Positions 1 to 11,152 of a stretch of 32,000 nt of DNA are shown here, in pieces. Position 1 is the first letter of the stretch; each line of letters opens with the position of its first letter. The stretch is from the NCBI RefSeq assembly GCF_000247565.1, contig NC_016893.1, positions 90,001 through 122,000 of the forward strand, in the 5' to 3' direction. The notes under the pieces were generated by a model that searched no databases, was not told the origin of the DNA, and saw only the letters and a list, made by a program, of their open reading frames with translations. The DNA is from Wigglesworthia glossinidia endosymbiont of Glossina morsitans morsitans (Yale colony) (lineage in GTDB: Bacteria; Pseudomonadota; Gammaproteobacteria; Enterobacterales; Enterobacteriaceae). The translations under genes and the position numbers were made by a program.

Positions 1-272
1 TCAAAGAAATAAAGTTTAGACCCAATACTGATATAGGAGACTATCAAGTTAAACTACGTAAGTTAACATCTTTTTTAAACAATGGAGATAAAGTTAAAAT
101 TACTTTACGATTTCGCGGAAGAGAAATTATACATCAAGAAATCGGAATTAATATGCTTAATCGAATTTGTCAAGATTTAAAAGAATTAGCAATCATTGAA
201 TCATTTCCAAAAAAAATCGAAGGTAGACAGATGGTATTAATATTAATTCCAAAAAAAATTAAACGTTCTTAA
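1..272 (+). CDS. infC: Translation initiation factor IF-3, C-terminal part (5' end outside window)
   Basis: Frame beginning at base 3 reads [45 protein letters not shown]...[22 protein letters not shown], characteristic IF-3 C-terminal domain; directly upstream of rpmI-rplT as in enterobacteria. Confidence 0.96.
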   Translation, partial: KEIKFRPNTDIGDYQVKLRKLTSFLNNGDKVKITLRFRGREIIHQEIGINMLNRICQDLKELAIIESFPKKIEGRQMVLILIPKKIKRS

Positions 273-327
273 AAAATACAACATTGATGCTGGCATCGTT
301 TAATTTTATTTAAAATAGGAATATATT

Positions 328-525
328 GTGTTAAAAATCAAAACTATACGTAGCGTTGCAAAACGTTTTAAAAAAACTAACTCTAATAGACTAAAATATA
401 AAAAATCAAATTTACGTCATATTTTAACAAAAAAGTCTTCTCAACGTAAAAGAAATTTACGCATTACCTCTTTTACAAATATAGGAGAAAAAAAAATAAT
501 TTTTCGTTGTTTACCATACAAATAA
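328..525 (+). CDS. rpmI: 50S ribosomal protein L35 (GTG start)
   Basis: 65 aa basic protein MLKIKTIRSVAKRFKKT...; GTG start at 328; between infC and rplT. Confidence 0.95.
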   Translation: MLKIKTIRSVAKRFKKTNSNRLKYKKSNLRHILTKKSSQRKRNLRITSFTNIGEKKIIFRCLPYK

Positions 526-569
526 ACTTAATATATAATTTTTAATTATACGCAAACTTAGGAGTTACA

Positions 570-923
570 ATGACTCGCGTAAAACGTGGAGTAACAGCTC
601 ATGCTCGTCATAAAAAAATACTAAAAAAATCAAAAGGATATTACGGAGCACGGTCAAGATCTTACCGAAGTGCATTTCAAGCATTTATTAAATCAGGACA
701 ATACGCTTATCGTGATCGTAAAAATAAAAAACGAACACTACGTCGATTATGGATTTGTAGAATTAACGCATGTGCTAGAAAACATGGAATATCATATAGC
801 TTATTTATGCATAAGATTAAGCAGCTATCTATCTATCTCGATAGAAAAATGCTATCCGAAATTGCTATATACGACGAAAAAGCATTTACAAACTTATACG
901 AAAAAATTAAAAATTTATCTTAA
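570..923 (+). CDS. rplT: 50S ribosomal protein L20
   Basis: 117 aa [62 protein letters not shown]; good RBS (aggag) upstream. Confidence 0.98.
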   Translation: MTRVKRGVTAHARHKKILKKSKGYYGARSRSYRSAFQAFIKSGQYAYRDRKNKKRTLRRLWICRINACARKHGISYSLFMHKIKQLSIYLDRKMLSEIAIYDEKAFTNLYEKIKNLS

Positions 924-1060
924 ATATTTACAAAATAAACATTTATTAAATAATTAACTATTAAACATTTAGAAATATTATATTTTAAAAAATTTTCTTA
1001 TTTTTATTGGATAATTGCATATAATACATATAAACTTTATTAATATAAAAGCATATAAAT

Positions 1061-2062
1061 ATGTCTTATCATGTAAATATTTTGAATATAACATTTTTAA
1101 TTAATACAGCTCAAAATAAAATAAAAAAATGTAATAATATTAAAAAATTAGAACTAATTAAAACATATTGGATTGGGAAATCTGGATTTTTTTCAAAAAA
1201 AAATATTATACTGAATAAATTAATACCATATTCAAATATTATTAAAAATAATATAATTAAATATGCTAGTCTAAAAATTAAAAATATTTATTTAGAGAAA
1301 AAAGAAAAATTAGAAAATAAAAAAATTAGATCAAAAATATCAAAAGATAAAATAGATGTTTCTTTACCGGGGAAAAAATCAGAATTAGGAACTTTACATC
1401 CAATTTCAAAAATAATTTTATATGCAGAAAATTTTTTTCAATCCTTAGGGTTTTCTATCATTTTGGGAAATGAAATAGAAAGTAGTTTTTATAATTTTGA
1501 TGCTTTAAATGTTCCAAAAAATCATCCTTCTCGCACTAAAAAAGATACTTTTTGGATCGACAAAAACTGTTTATTACGCACCCAAACTTCTAGCGTGCAA
1601 ATTCGTGTGATGCAATCTCAAAATCCACCATTAAAAATTATATCTTCTGGACGTGTTTATAGAAATGATCATGATAAAACACATACTCCAATGTTTCATC
1701 AAATGGAAGGATTAATTATTGACTACGACGTAAATTTATCAAATTTAAAATCAATATTATACAATTTTTGTTATTATTTACTTGGTGAAAATATTAAAAT
1801 ACGCTTTCGTCCTACATATTTTCCTTTTACACAACCTTCTGCTGAAATAGACATTATGAACCAATATGGTAAATGGATAGAAATATTAGGATGCGGTTTA
1901 GTGCATCCTAATGTATTAAATAACATCAATATAAATTCTAATAAGTATTCCGGTTTAGCATTTGGCATTGGGATTGAAAGATTAGCAATGCTATATTATA
2001 GATTATCTGATGTGCGATTATTATTTATGAATAATTTAAGTTTTTTAAAACAATTCAAATAA
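1061..2062 (+). CDS. pheS: Phenylalanyl-tRNA synthetase alpha subunit
   Basis: 333 aa with class II aaRS motifs (HPISKI, FYNFDALNVPKNHPSR, FRPTYFPFTQPSAEIDI, GCGLVHPNVL, AFGIGIERLAML). Confidence 0.98.
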   Translation: MSYHVNILNITFLINTAQNKIKKCNNIKKLELIKTYWIGKSGFFSKKNIILNKLIPYSNIIKNNIIKYASLKIKNIYLEKKEKLENKKIRSKISKDKIDVSLPGKKSELGTLHPISKIILYAENFFQSLGFSIILGNEIESSFYNFDALNVPKNHPSRTKKDTFWIDKNCLLRTQTSSVQIRVMQSQNPPLKIISSGRVYRNDHDKTHTPMFHQMEGLIIDYDVNLSNLKSILYNFCYYLLGENIKIRFRPTYFPFTQPSAEIDIMNQYGKWIEILGCGLVHPNVLNNININSNKYSGLAFGIGIERLAMLYYRLSDVRLLFMNNLSFLKQFK

Positions 2063-2070
2063 GGTTATAT

Positions 2071-4482
2071 ATGAAATGTAGTCTATCTTGGTTAAAAGAA
2101 TGGATACAACATAAAAATATAAAATTAAATACAATTATTAATAAAATACAAAAAATAGGACTTGAAATAGATAAAATTTCTCCAATTCTCACTCAATTCT
2201 CTGGCATTAAAATCGGAGAGGTAATTTCCTGTAAAATACATCCCAACAATAAATCATTCAATTTATATTCAATAAATATTGGCAATACGCATACTGTAAA
2301 AATTGTTTCACAATTTAAAAAAAATTTATTACATAAAAAAGTTGCTATCGCTTTGAACGGTGCAAAAATAAAAAAAGATACAATTGTTAAAAACAAAATT
2401 ATATTTGGTAAACAATCAGAAGGTATAATATGCTCGTATGAAGATTTAAAAATTTTTGGAATACAAAAAAAATCTCAAAACATAGTTGTATTTCCTCAAA
2501 CTGCGCCAGTTGGAAAAGATGTAAAAAAATATTTTTTATTAAATGACACGATTTTAGATATTAGTATTACTCCTAATCGCTTTGATTGTCTAAATTTACT
2601 TGGATTATCTAGAGCGATTAAATCACAAGCTAATAATATGTTATTAAAAAAAAAATATTTTAAGCCAATATTACCGACAAATAATATTAAAATTAAAACT
2701 AATATATTTGCTCCAGAAGCATGTCCTAAGTATTTAAGTAGAACAATTACAGATATTAATTTAAACGTAAATACACCAGTATGGATATCAGAAAGATTAA
2801 AAAGATCCGGATATATACCAAAAAATGTTCTTATAGATATTATTTATTATGTTTTTATTGAAACAGGACAACCAATAAAAATATTTGATATGCATAAATC
2901 TTCTTGTAATACAACTATTCGCTATACAAATCAGAATGAACACATAAACGTATCGCAAGAAAAAAAAATATTTTTAGATAAAAATACTCTCGTAATTTCT
3001 AATGAAAATAAAATTTTAGAAATAGCCGGTTTAATTATTAGCAATGACGTAAAAATTAATATAAATACTACAGATATTCTTATATCTGCTGCCTTTTATA
3101 ATGGAAAATTTATTTATGATTTATCAAAAAAATATAACATTCAGTCTGAATTTACAGAAAAATATATAAAAAATATGGTAGATCCAAATATACAATTTCA
3201 AGCTATCGAACGCACTACAGAGCTTATCATAAAATGCTGCCATGGAAGTCCAGGAAAAATAAATTATGTGACTTTCGAGAATTTTTTACCACAAAATAAA
3301 AAAATTAACTTGCGGAAAAATAGAATTAAAAAAGTTTTAGGATTTTTTATTAAGAAATATAAAGTTGAAGAAATATTATATTCATTAAAATATCAACTCA
3401 AACATAAAAAAAATCAATGGAGTGTTATTCCACCTAGTTGGCGTGTATTTAACGTATCTAATGAAATTGATGTAATAAACGATATAGCATGTTTTTATGA
3501 ATTTGAAAAAATTCCATTACAACCAGATATCTCTGGGTTTAATGTACAAAAAAAAATTTTTAAAAATGTTACTTTGTATCCATTAAAGCAATTTTTAGTA
3601 AGTCGTGGATATCAAGAAGTTATAACATATACTTTTGTAGATCCAAAAATTCAAAAAATTTTATATCCAAAAAGATCTGCTATACCAATTATTAATCCAA
3701 TTTCACATGATATGTCTGTTTTAAGATTGTCTTTATGGACTAATTTTATTAAAACTATTTTATATAATCAAAGCAGACAAGTTCATGAAATACGTATCTT
3801 TGAAAGTGGATTTTGTTTTATTCCAAATAAAAAATACACATTTGGTATACATCAAAAATTTGTTATTTCTGGAGCTATATCTGAAAATTCTGTTATGCAT
3901 TGGAAATTAAAAGAAAAATTAGATTTTTATGATGTAAAAGGTGATATAGAAGCTTTAATAGGAATATACAATAATTTAGAATTTTTGAAATTTATATCCT
4001 TTAAAAATTCTATTTTACATCCTGGAAAAAGTGCAAAAATCTTTATTAAAGATAAATGTGTTGGTTTAATTGGAGAAATTAATCCGTTTTTAAAAAAATT
4101 TTTTAAATTAAAAAATAAAATTTTTTTGTTCGAATTATCATGGAAATTAATATCTAATAACTATGTACCAAAAATTCAAAATGTTTCTGATTTTCCATAT
4201 AATCAAAGAGATATTTCCATCATAGTTTCGCATAATATTCCAGCAATGGAGATTATTCGAGCCTGTAAAAATAAAGTTAAAAATAAATTAATTAATATCG
4301 GAATATTTGATTTATATCAAGGAAATAAAATTAAGTATGGATTTAAAAGTATTTCGATACGATTAACTTTACAAGATCAATATACTATGACAAACAAAGA
4401 AATTAATATGATTATAGAAAAATGTATACAAATATTAAAGAATAAATTTAATGCTGAAATTAGACATATTTCTGAAGTTTAA
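2071..4482 (+). CDS. pheT: Phenylalanyl-tRNA synthetase beta subunit
   Basis: 803 aa MKCSLSWLKEWI...; VGEVISC, NRFDCLNLLGLSRAI, C-terminal FDX-ACB-like FPYNQRDISIIV...; 8 nt downstream of pheS. Confidence 0.98.
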   Translation: MKCSLSWLKEWIQHKNIKLNTIINKIQKIGLEIDKISPILTQFSGIKIGEVISCKIHPNNKSFNLYSINIGNTHTVKIVSQFKKNLLHKKVAIALNGAKIKKDTIVKNKIIFGKQSEGIICSYEDLKIFGIQKKSQNIVVFPQTAPVGKDVKKYFLLNDTILDISITPNRFDCLNLLGLSRAIKSQANNMLLKKKYFKPILPTNNIKIKTNIFAPEACPKYLSRTITDINLNVNTPVWISERLKRSGYIPKNVLIDIIYYVFIETGQPIKIFDMHKSSCNTTIRYTNQNEHINVSQEKKIFLDKNTLVISNENKILEIAGLIISNDVKININTTDILISAAFYNGKFIYDLSKKYNIQSEFTEKYIKNMVDPNIQFQAIERTTELIIKCCHGSPGKINYVTFENFLPQNKKINLRKNRIKKVLGFFIKKYKVEEILYSLKYQLKHKKNQWSVIPPSWRVFNVSNEIDVINDIACFYEFEKIPLQPDISGFNVQKKIFKNVTLYPLKQFLVSRGYQEVITYTFVDPKIQKILYPKRSAIPIINPISHDMSVLRLSLWTNFIKTILYNQSRQVHEIRIFESGFCFIPNKKYTFGIHQKFVISGAISENSVMHWKLKEKLDFYDVKGDIEALIGIYNNLEFLKFISFKNSILHPGKSAKIFIKDKCVGLIGEINPFLKKFFKLKNKIFLFELSWKLISNNYVPKIQNVSDFPYNQRDISIIVSHNIPAMEIIRACKNKVKNKLINIGIFDLYQGNKIKYGFKSISIRLTLQDQYTMTNKEINMIIEKCIQILKNKFNAEIRHISEV

Positions 4483-4623
4483 GATTTTTAGCAAACTATT
4501 TTTAAAAATGTTTAAAAAATTTTATTTATATGTTTTATAATTAGATATAATATACGGATTAACAATAAATTTTAATTATTTTATTTATTTTTTTTACATA
4601 CTAATAATAAATAATAACGCGTA

Positions 4624-5673
4624 TTATTTATTATTTTTTTTTAGCTTAGTAGTCCATTTTAATTTTTTATTAAAAAATAAAGGAACAATAAAATTTTTGT
4701 TATTTGTTTTTAATAAAAATTTTTTTTTCGGTATATGTAAAAATTTAAATAAACTAATTTTTTCTTTATTAAGAGGTAGATTATAAAAACGTGCTCCATT
4801 AATAGAACAAAACGCTTCTAATTTATCTAAAACGTTAAGATTATCAAAAACAGTCGCATACATTTCTAGAGCAATAGGTGCATTAAATATTCCAGCGTAT
4901 CCTAGTTTGCATTCTTTATCAGTGATAAAGTGCGGCGCACTGTCTGTTCCAAGAAAAAAACGTTTACAATTTCCCGATATTGCTGAATGCAATGCAGACT
5001 GGTGCTTTTTATTTTTTAATATAGGTGCACAATACAAATGAGGATTAATTTTATTAGATAACATATCATTATAATTAAACATCAGATGATGTGGGGTAAT
5101 AGTTGCTCCTAAGTATTTTTTTTCTGATATTACATAATCCACTGATTCTTTCGTAGAAATGTGTTCAAGAACGACTTTTAATTGTGGAAAAAATCGACGT
5201 ATTGGTTTCATAATATTTTCAATAAATCTTGATTCTCGATCAAATATATCAATGTTTTTATTATATATTTCTCCATGAATAAGCAAAATCATACCAATTT
5301 TTTGCATTATTTCTAATACTGGAAAAATTTTTTTTATATTATTAATTCCATGATTCGAATTAGTTGTAGTATGGGATAAATACATTTTTGCAGCAATAAA
5401 TATTTTTTCTAAAAATCCTTGAGCAATCATATTTTTATTACAATTTTCTGTTAAATAACAAGTCATAAGAGGTTCAAATTTATGATTTTTTGGTATTTCT
5501 GAATAGATATTTTGTTTGTATTTATATGCTTGTGATAAGTTCGTAATAGGAACAGATAAATTTGGCATAATTACGGCTCTTTGAAAAATACGACTTGTAT
5601 ATGGTAAAACAATTTTTAAAACATCTTTTTCTCTTAAATGTACATGAAAATCATCTGGTTTTATAATAGTCAA
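4624..5673 (-). CDS. pyrC: Dihydroorotase
   Basis: 349 aa; DDFHVHLR, MPNL, AAKMY (carbamylated Lys context), HGE, LEHISTKESVDYV, TITPHHLMFN, GTDSAPH all conserved. Confidence 0.95.
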   Translation of the reverse strand: MTIIKPDDFHVHLREKDVLKIVLPYTSRIFQRAVIMPNLSVPITNLSQAYKYKQNIYSEIPKNHKFEPLMTCYLTENCNKNMIAQGFLEKIFIAAKMYLSHTTTNSNHGINNIKKIFPVLEIMQKIGMILLIHGEIYNKNIDIFDRESRFIENIMKPIRRFFPQLKVVLEHISTKESVDYVISEKKYLGATITPHHLMFNYNDMLSNKINPHLYCAPILKNKKHQSALHSAISGNCKRFFLGTDSAPHFITDKECKLGYAGIFNAPIALEMYATVFDNLNVLDKLEAFCSINGARFYNLPLNKEKISLFKFLHIPKKKFLLKTNNKNFIVPLFFNKKLKWTTKLKKNNK

Positions 5674-5895
5674 AATATCTTGATTCGTTTTTTTTTTTTT
5701 GAAATAAAGTTTTTTTTAATCATATTTATGATGCCATTTTGTATTTTTTTATATTCCAACAAGTATTTTACTAAATCAAAATTATTTATTATTTGAAGTA
5801 CAAATAATCATTATATTTTACAAAAAATATATAAAATAAAATTTTTTTTATGTATTATTTTGTTTTTTTAAAATCTCAGAAATATTTGAATTGTG

Positions 5896-8208
5896 CTAAG
5901 ATTTTTTTATTAAAAAGTTATTTTGTCGATATTTAGATGTTTTCTTTCTATTTAACAATCTCAAATATTTAGGAATACGACGAGATCGACTTGTTAATAT
6001 TAATTTGTTTTGTTTTTTTTTGTGTAGATTTTGATTAGTATTTGGTAGTATCTTATCAGATATGTTTAAATTATTTCGTATTAAATTATTTAACATTTTT
6101 TTATTAAAACTATCATGATTATTATGAATTTTATACTCTTTATTATTAATATAATTATTTACTTTACAAGTATAATTTAAAATATTATTATTTTCTTTAT
6201 TTTTTTTTAAAATATCTTTACATACTTCTAATGAATTATTAGTGCAATTTTTAAATTTTTTTTCACGTTCTTTAGAAAATATTTTAGATATAATAGAATT
6301 GTTAAAATGTTTATTAAAAAAACATTCAAGATCTATACATTTAAATTGATTAAAATAATTTAAAACATCATATATTAAATATATGTTATTATTTTTTGAA
6401 TTTAACTCAGTTAAATGATTAAAAAAAATAGTATCATTTTTTTTGAAAAAATTTTTCTGATTTTTTAAAATATAGATTAATGACTTGATGCTATAAATTA
6501 AACTTTTTAATAAATTTTGAGAATACATAATATTACTAAATGATAATAATTTTTTATTTGGAATTTTTTTAGCATGTATTATTTTATTATTCGTAAAATT
6601 ATTTGTTGTATTAGAAGTATCATGGAATTTTATTTCACGTGCACTTTTTTCATAAAAGCAATCTCTATCAGTCTGAGACATATTAGATGCATATAATTTA
6701 GATATTAAATAACTTGGAATGTGTGCTTCATCGCCCGCTTTTACTCTGAAAACTAAATAATGTGGCGTTTGTATACGATCGTTCGGAATAATTATAGCTC
6801 GTACGCCTTTATTACGTTTTTCAATTGCAATCACCGTTTCTCGTTTTTCATTTAACAAATATGATGCAATATTCACTGGGACGATAGCATACACTTCACT
6901 TGTATTATCTTTAATAGATTCTTCTTCAATTAATCGCAAAATAGATAAAGATAGCGATTCGTTATCTCGAATAGTTCCAGTACCACTGCATCTTGGACAA
7001 GCGTAATGACTTGATTCTCTTAAAGATGGACTAATACGTTGCCTAGAAAGCTCTAATAAACCAAATCGAGAAATATGACCTACTTGAATTTTTGCACGAT
7101 CCTGTTTAACAGATTCTTTTAATACACGTTCTACTTCTCTTTGATGTTTTGTAGGCAACATATCGATAAAATCAATTACAATTAAACCACCTAAATCACG
7201 TAATCGCAATTGTCTGACAATTTCTTTTACTGCTTCTAAATTAGTGTTTAAAGCTGTTTCTGAAATATCTCCGCCGCGTGTAGATCGTGAAGAATTAATA
7301 TCAATTGAAGTTAATGCTTCTGTGGTATCTATGAAAATAGATCCTCCAGAAGGCAATTTTACTTCTCTTTGAAAAGCAGATTCAATTTGAGATTCAATTT
7401 GATAATGACTGAATAAAGGCACTTCCCCATTATATAATTTGATTTTTTTCATAAAATCTGGACGACCTAAAGACATTATATAATTTTTTGCTATATTTAA
7501 AATTTTAGGATTATCGATCAATATTTCTCCGATATCAGCACGTAAATAATCACGAAAAGCACGAACAATCACATCATTATCGCTATAAATTAAACATGGT
7601 GCTAATTTATTTTGAGCATCTTTTTTAATTTGTTCCCAATATTTTAAACGTAACGATAAGTCATCTGTAAGTTCTTTAATAGATTTTCCTAATCCGGCAG
7701 TACGTATGATTAAACTCATACCTTCTGGTACAATTAATGATGATAATATTTCTTTAAGTTCTAATCGATCTTCGCCTTCTATATGACGTGAAATACCGCC
7801 AGAATGTGGAGTATTTGGCATAAGCACTAAATAGCTACCCGCAAGACTAATGAATGTAGTCAATGCGGCACCTTTGTTGCCACGTGCTTCCTTTGATATT
7901 TGTATAACAATTTCTTGTCCTTCTTTTAAATGATCTTTAATATTTGAACGTTTACAAGTTACATTTTGATTACTAAAATATTCGAAAGAAATTTCTTTAA
8001 ATGGTAGAAATCCGTGACGTTCTGATCCGTAGTCTATAAATGCTGCTTCTAAACTAGGTTCAATACGTGTAATTTTACCTTTATAAATATTTGATTTTTT
8101 TTGTATATAACTTAAATTTTCAATATCTAAGTCATATAATTTTTGTCCATCTACTAAAGCAATTCTTAGCTCTTCTTGTTGAGTGGCATTAATTAACATT
8201 CTTTTCAT
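5896..8208 (-). CDS. rne: Ribonuclease E; catalytic domain intact, C-terminal scaffold strongly shortened
   Basis: MKRMLINATQQEELRIALVDGQKLYDLDIE...; catalytic Asp contexts SIDINS (D303) and VIDFIDM (D346); Zn-link CPRCSGTGTIRDNESLSLSILRLIEEE. 770 aa versus about 1061 aa in E. coli. Confidence 0.96.
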   Translation of the reverse strand: MKRMLINATQQEELRIALVDGQKLYDLDIENLSYIQKKSNIYKGKITRIEPSLEAAFIDYGSERHGFLPFKEISFEYFSNQNVTCKRSNIKDHLKEGQEIVIQISKEARGNKGAALTTFISLAGSYLVLMPNTPHSGGISRHIEGEDRLELKEILSSLIVPEGMSLIIRTAGLGKSIKELTDDLSLRLKYWEQIKKDAQNKLAPCLIYSDNDVIVRAFRDYLRADIGEILIDNPKILNIAKNYIMSLGRPDFMKKIKLYNGEVPLFSHYQIESQIESAFQREVKLPSGGSIFIDTTEALTSIDINSSRSTRGGDISETALNTNLEAVKEIVRQLRLRDLGGLIVIDFIDMLPTKHQREVERVLKESVKQDRAKIQVGHISRFGLLELSRQRISPSLRESSHYACPRCSGTGTIRDNESLSLSILRLIEEESIKDNTSEVYAIVPVNIASYLLNEKRETVIAIEKRNKGVRAIIIPNDRIQTPHYLVFRVKAGDEAHIPSYLISKLYASNMSQTDRDCFYEKSAREIKFHDTSNTTNNFTNNKIIHAKKIPNKKLLSFSNIMYSQNLLKSLIYSIKSLIYILKNQKNFFKKNDTIFFNHLTELNSKNNNIYLIYDVLNYFNQFKCIDLECFFNKHFNNSIISKIFSKEREKKFKNCTNNSLEVCKDILKKNKENNNILNYTCKVNNYINNKEYKIHNNHDSFNKKMLNNLIRNNLNISDKILPNTNQNLHKKKQNKLILTSRSRRIPKYLRLLNRKKTSKYRQNNFLIKKS

Positions 8209-8526
8209 TATACTATACTCATTTTATACACCGATGATTGTTGAATTAGATAATATAAAAATATTTTCACTATTACATCATATTATCATTTTATTATAAT
8301 TGTATTGAATATTAAAATTTTAGTTTTTTAATAAAGTTAATGATTATTAAATTATTAAAAATTAATACTAATTTTATAAAAAAGTACATATATAAGTTTT
8401 TATTATAAGTAATTAAATTTTTAACATTTTATTTTTAATCAAGTACATATTTTTATATTAATTAAATATAATTTATAATTTTTTCATATATCTTATAAAG
8501 ATTATTATAAAAATAATTTAAAAAAA

Positions 8527-9516
8527 ATGAAAATTTTTAAATCTTTAGTTCAATTTATAAAAATATCAAAAAATGAATCTTCTCAACGTATCGATAATTT
8601 TTTAAAAAAAAAATTAAAAAATATTTCAAAAAATAATATTTACAAAATTTTACGAAAAGGAGAAGTACGTGTTAATAAAAAAAGAGTGAAACCTAAATAT
8701 AAAATAAAAACTCAAGATTTGATTCGAATTCCTCCACTAAAATATTTTCATGTTGTTAAACAACAACTTACTTGTGAATCATATGTTCATTTCAATGTGC
8801 AAGCTTCTATATTATATGAAGATAAATATTTGTTAATTTTGAATAAACCTAGTGGTATAGCAGTACATAAAGGCAGTGGTATAAGTTCTGGAATTATTGA
8901 AAAATTACGTAATGTATATCCGAAAAACTCTTTTTTAGAATTAGTGCATCGTTTAGATCGAGGAACTTCAGGAATATTATTAATTGCAAAAAAACGTTCT
9001 ATTTTATGTAATTTACATAAACAACTTCGAGAAGGTAAAATATATAAAGATTATTTGATATTAGTACATGGCAGATGTAATTTTAAAAATAAAACAGTAT
9101 CTGCTCCATTAAAAAAAAAATTATATTTAAATAAAAATTTAAATTTTAGAAAACAGAAAGTTTTAATTGATAAAAATGGAAAATTGGCAAAAACAAAATT
9201 TAATGTAATTGAAAAATTTCAAAACATGACTTTACTGAAAGTTATTACTGAAACTGGTCGTATGCATCAAATTCGCGTGCATGCCCAGCATATTCATCAT
9301 CCAATTGTATGCGATGATTTATACGGAAACTTAAAAAAAAAAGAAACTATATTAATAAATAAAGAAATTAATCGTATATTTTTACATGCTTTTAACATAC
9401 GTTTTCAACATCCAAATACATTAAAAAATTTACATATAACTGCTCCATTAGATAAAATATTAATAAAATATCTTAAAAAATTAAGAAATAGTGCGAATCT
9501 AAAAAATTTAGCTTAA
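8527..9516 (+). CDS. rluC: 23S rRNA pseudouridine synthase C (S4 domain + RluA-type catalytic domain)
   Basis: 329 aa; N-terminal S4-like RIDNFLKKKLKNISKNNIYKILRKGEVRVNKKRVKP; catalytic LVHRLDRGTSGILLIAK; GRMHQIRVHAQHIHHPIVCDDLYG. Confidence 0.93.
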   Translation: MKIFKSLVQFIKISKNESSQRIDNFLKKKLKNISKNNIYKILRKGEVRVNKKRVKPKYKIKTQDLIRIPPLKYFHVVKQQLTCESYVHFNVQASILYEDKYLLILNKPSGIAVHKGSGISSGIIEKLRNVYPKNSFLELVHRLDRGTSGILLIAKKRSILCNLHKQLREGKIYKDYLILVHGRCNFKNKTVSAPLKKKLYLNKNLNFRKQKVLIDKNGKLAKTKFNVIEKFQNMTLLKVITETGRMHQIRVHAQHIHHPIVCDDLYGNLKKKETILINKEINRIFLHAFNIRFQHPNTLKNLHITAPLDKILIKYLKKLRNSANLKNLA

Positions 9517-9727
9517 ATTAATTTATCAAATTAAATTTAATAATATATTTTATTTATGTTTTTTATGAATTTTTAATATATTTGCAAAGATAATTAGTAA
9601 AAAATTTATTTTGAATTAAACAAAAAATCAATTCATAATGAATTTAAATCTTGCATAAATAAAATTTAATCGTTATTTTATGAACTATACAATATTTTAA
9701 GAAAAATTTTATTATAAGAAGGAAAAG

Positions 9728-9925
9728 ATGGCTGTTCAAAAAAATAAACCTACAAGATCAAAACGAGGAATGCGTCGATCACATGATAAATTAAAAATAC
9801 CTCAACTATCTATTGATCAGATATCAGGAGAAACACACATACGTCATTCTTTAACAAAAGAAGGATTTTATCGCGGAAAAAATATTTTTAATATGAAAAA
9901 AAAAAATAAAAATCAGATCAAATAA
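9728..9925 (+). CDS. rpmF: 50S ribosomal protein L32
   Basis: [22 protein letters not shown]... ; short lysine-rich C-terminal extension; RBS aaggaaaag upstream. Confidence 0.96.
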   Translation: MAVQKNKPTRSKRGMRRSHDKLKIPQLSIDQISGETHIRHSLTKEGFYRGKNIFNMKKKNKNQIK

Positions 9926-10195
9926 AAATTTATATAAGTAGTTTTTAAAATTCTAAATTTTTATATGATATGATATATTTACTTAAATTAATCAAAAATT
10001 TTTTATCCATCAGAATATACTACTAATATTAAATTTTTTTAATATACAACATGCATACTCATGTTAACTCAACAATAAAAAAGATTGAATTAAGATAATT
10101 CAATAAAAATATAATAGATAAAAACTTTATTATAAATGAAAAATAGCTAATTTATATTAAATATATTTTTAACAAATTGGATATTAATAAATTAA

Positions 10196-11152
10196 ATGAA
10201 TACTTTTGCGATGATTTTCCCCGGTCAAGGTTGTCAAAAAATTGGCATGTTAAAACCATTTAAAGAATTTTCTATTATTAAAAATATATTTAATGAAAGC
10301 TCAGAAATTTTGAAATATGATTTATGGAAAATAATTGAAAATGGACCATATGAAATTTTAAATAAAACCGAAATTACACAACCGGCTATATTGACTACGT
10401 CTTTTGCAATTTGGAAAATTTGGAAAAATTTTTCTGGAGAAAATCCTCAATTTATGGCAGGACATAGTTTAGGAGAATATTCGGCATTAGTATGTGCAAA
10501 TGGATTATCATTTTCGGATGCCGTCAAAATTGTTGCTTTACGCGGAAAATTCATGCAAGAATTAGCTAACAATCAAGCATGCGCTACGTCTGCAATTATT
10601 GGATTATCAAGTAAAATAATTCATCAAATTTGCAAACAATTTTCAAATTCTGAAACTGTGTCTATTGCAAATTTTAATTCTCCTAATCAGGTAGTAATAT
10701 CTGGTTATAAAAGTTCCGTTATTCAAGTGATGAACACTTGTCAAGACTATGGAGCAAAGTACATAAAAATTCTTCCTATAAATATTCCTTCTCATTCATA
10801 TTTAATGAAACCTGCAGCTAAAAAATTATCAAAGTTTTTAGATACAATAAAATTTTTTCAACCTAAAATACCAGTAATTAGTAGTATTGACACTAAAATA
10901 CAAAATAATCCAAAAAAAATTAAAAAAACACTTATTCGTCAAATTTATAGCCCAATTTTATGGAATAAAACTATACAGTATTTAATTAATCAAAAAATAT
11001 ACTCTTTTTTAGAAGTAGGTCCAGGCAACATATTATCTAAATTAATTAAAGATTTTTTGCATATTACAGATTTATACGGAGAATCTTTAAATCATCCAAG
11101 ATCTATAATACAACAAATTAAAAAATATAAAAAACTTGTTTATGCAATTTGA
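10196..11152 (+). CDS. fabD: Malonyl-CoA:ACP transacylase
   Basis: 318 aa; FPGQGCQKIGML, AGHSLGEYSALVCA (catalytic Ser), VGPGNILSKLIK. Confidence 0.96.
   Translation: MNTFAMIFPGQGCQKIGMLKPFKEFSIIKNIFNESSEILKYDLWKIIENGPYEILNKTEITQPAILTTSFAIWKIWKNFSGENPQFMAGHSLGEYSALVCANGLSFSDAVKIVALRGKFMQELANNQACATSAIIGLSSKIIHQICKQFSNSETVSIANFNSPNQVVISGYKSSVIQVMNTCQDYGAKYIKILPINIPSHSYLMKPAAKKLSKFLDTIKFFQPKIPVISSIDTKIQNNPKKIKKTLIRQIYSPILWNKTIQYLINQKIYSFLEVGPGNILSKLIKDFLHITDLYGESLNHPRSIIQQIKKYKKLVYAI

Noticed and set aside
286-297. GATG-CTGG-CATC mini-hairpin between infC and rpmI
   Set aside because: Only 4-5 bp; too weak to call a terminator or L20 operator without comparative data.
670-957. 95-aa ORF overlapping rplT in another frame
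   Set aside because: Out-of-frame shadow of the strongly conserved L20 gene; composition-driven and without independent support.
924-1060. Possible pheM leader peptide/attenuator upstream of pheS
   Set aside because: No short ATG-initiated Phe-rich ORF and no terminator/antiterminator hairpin visible; E. coli-type attenuation seems absent.
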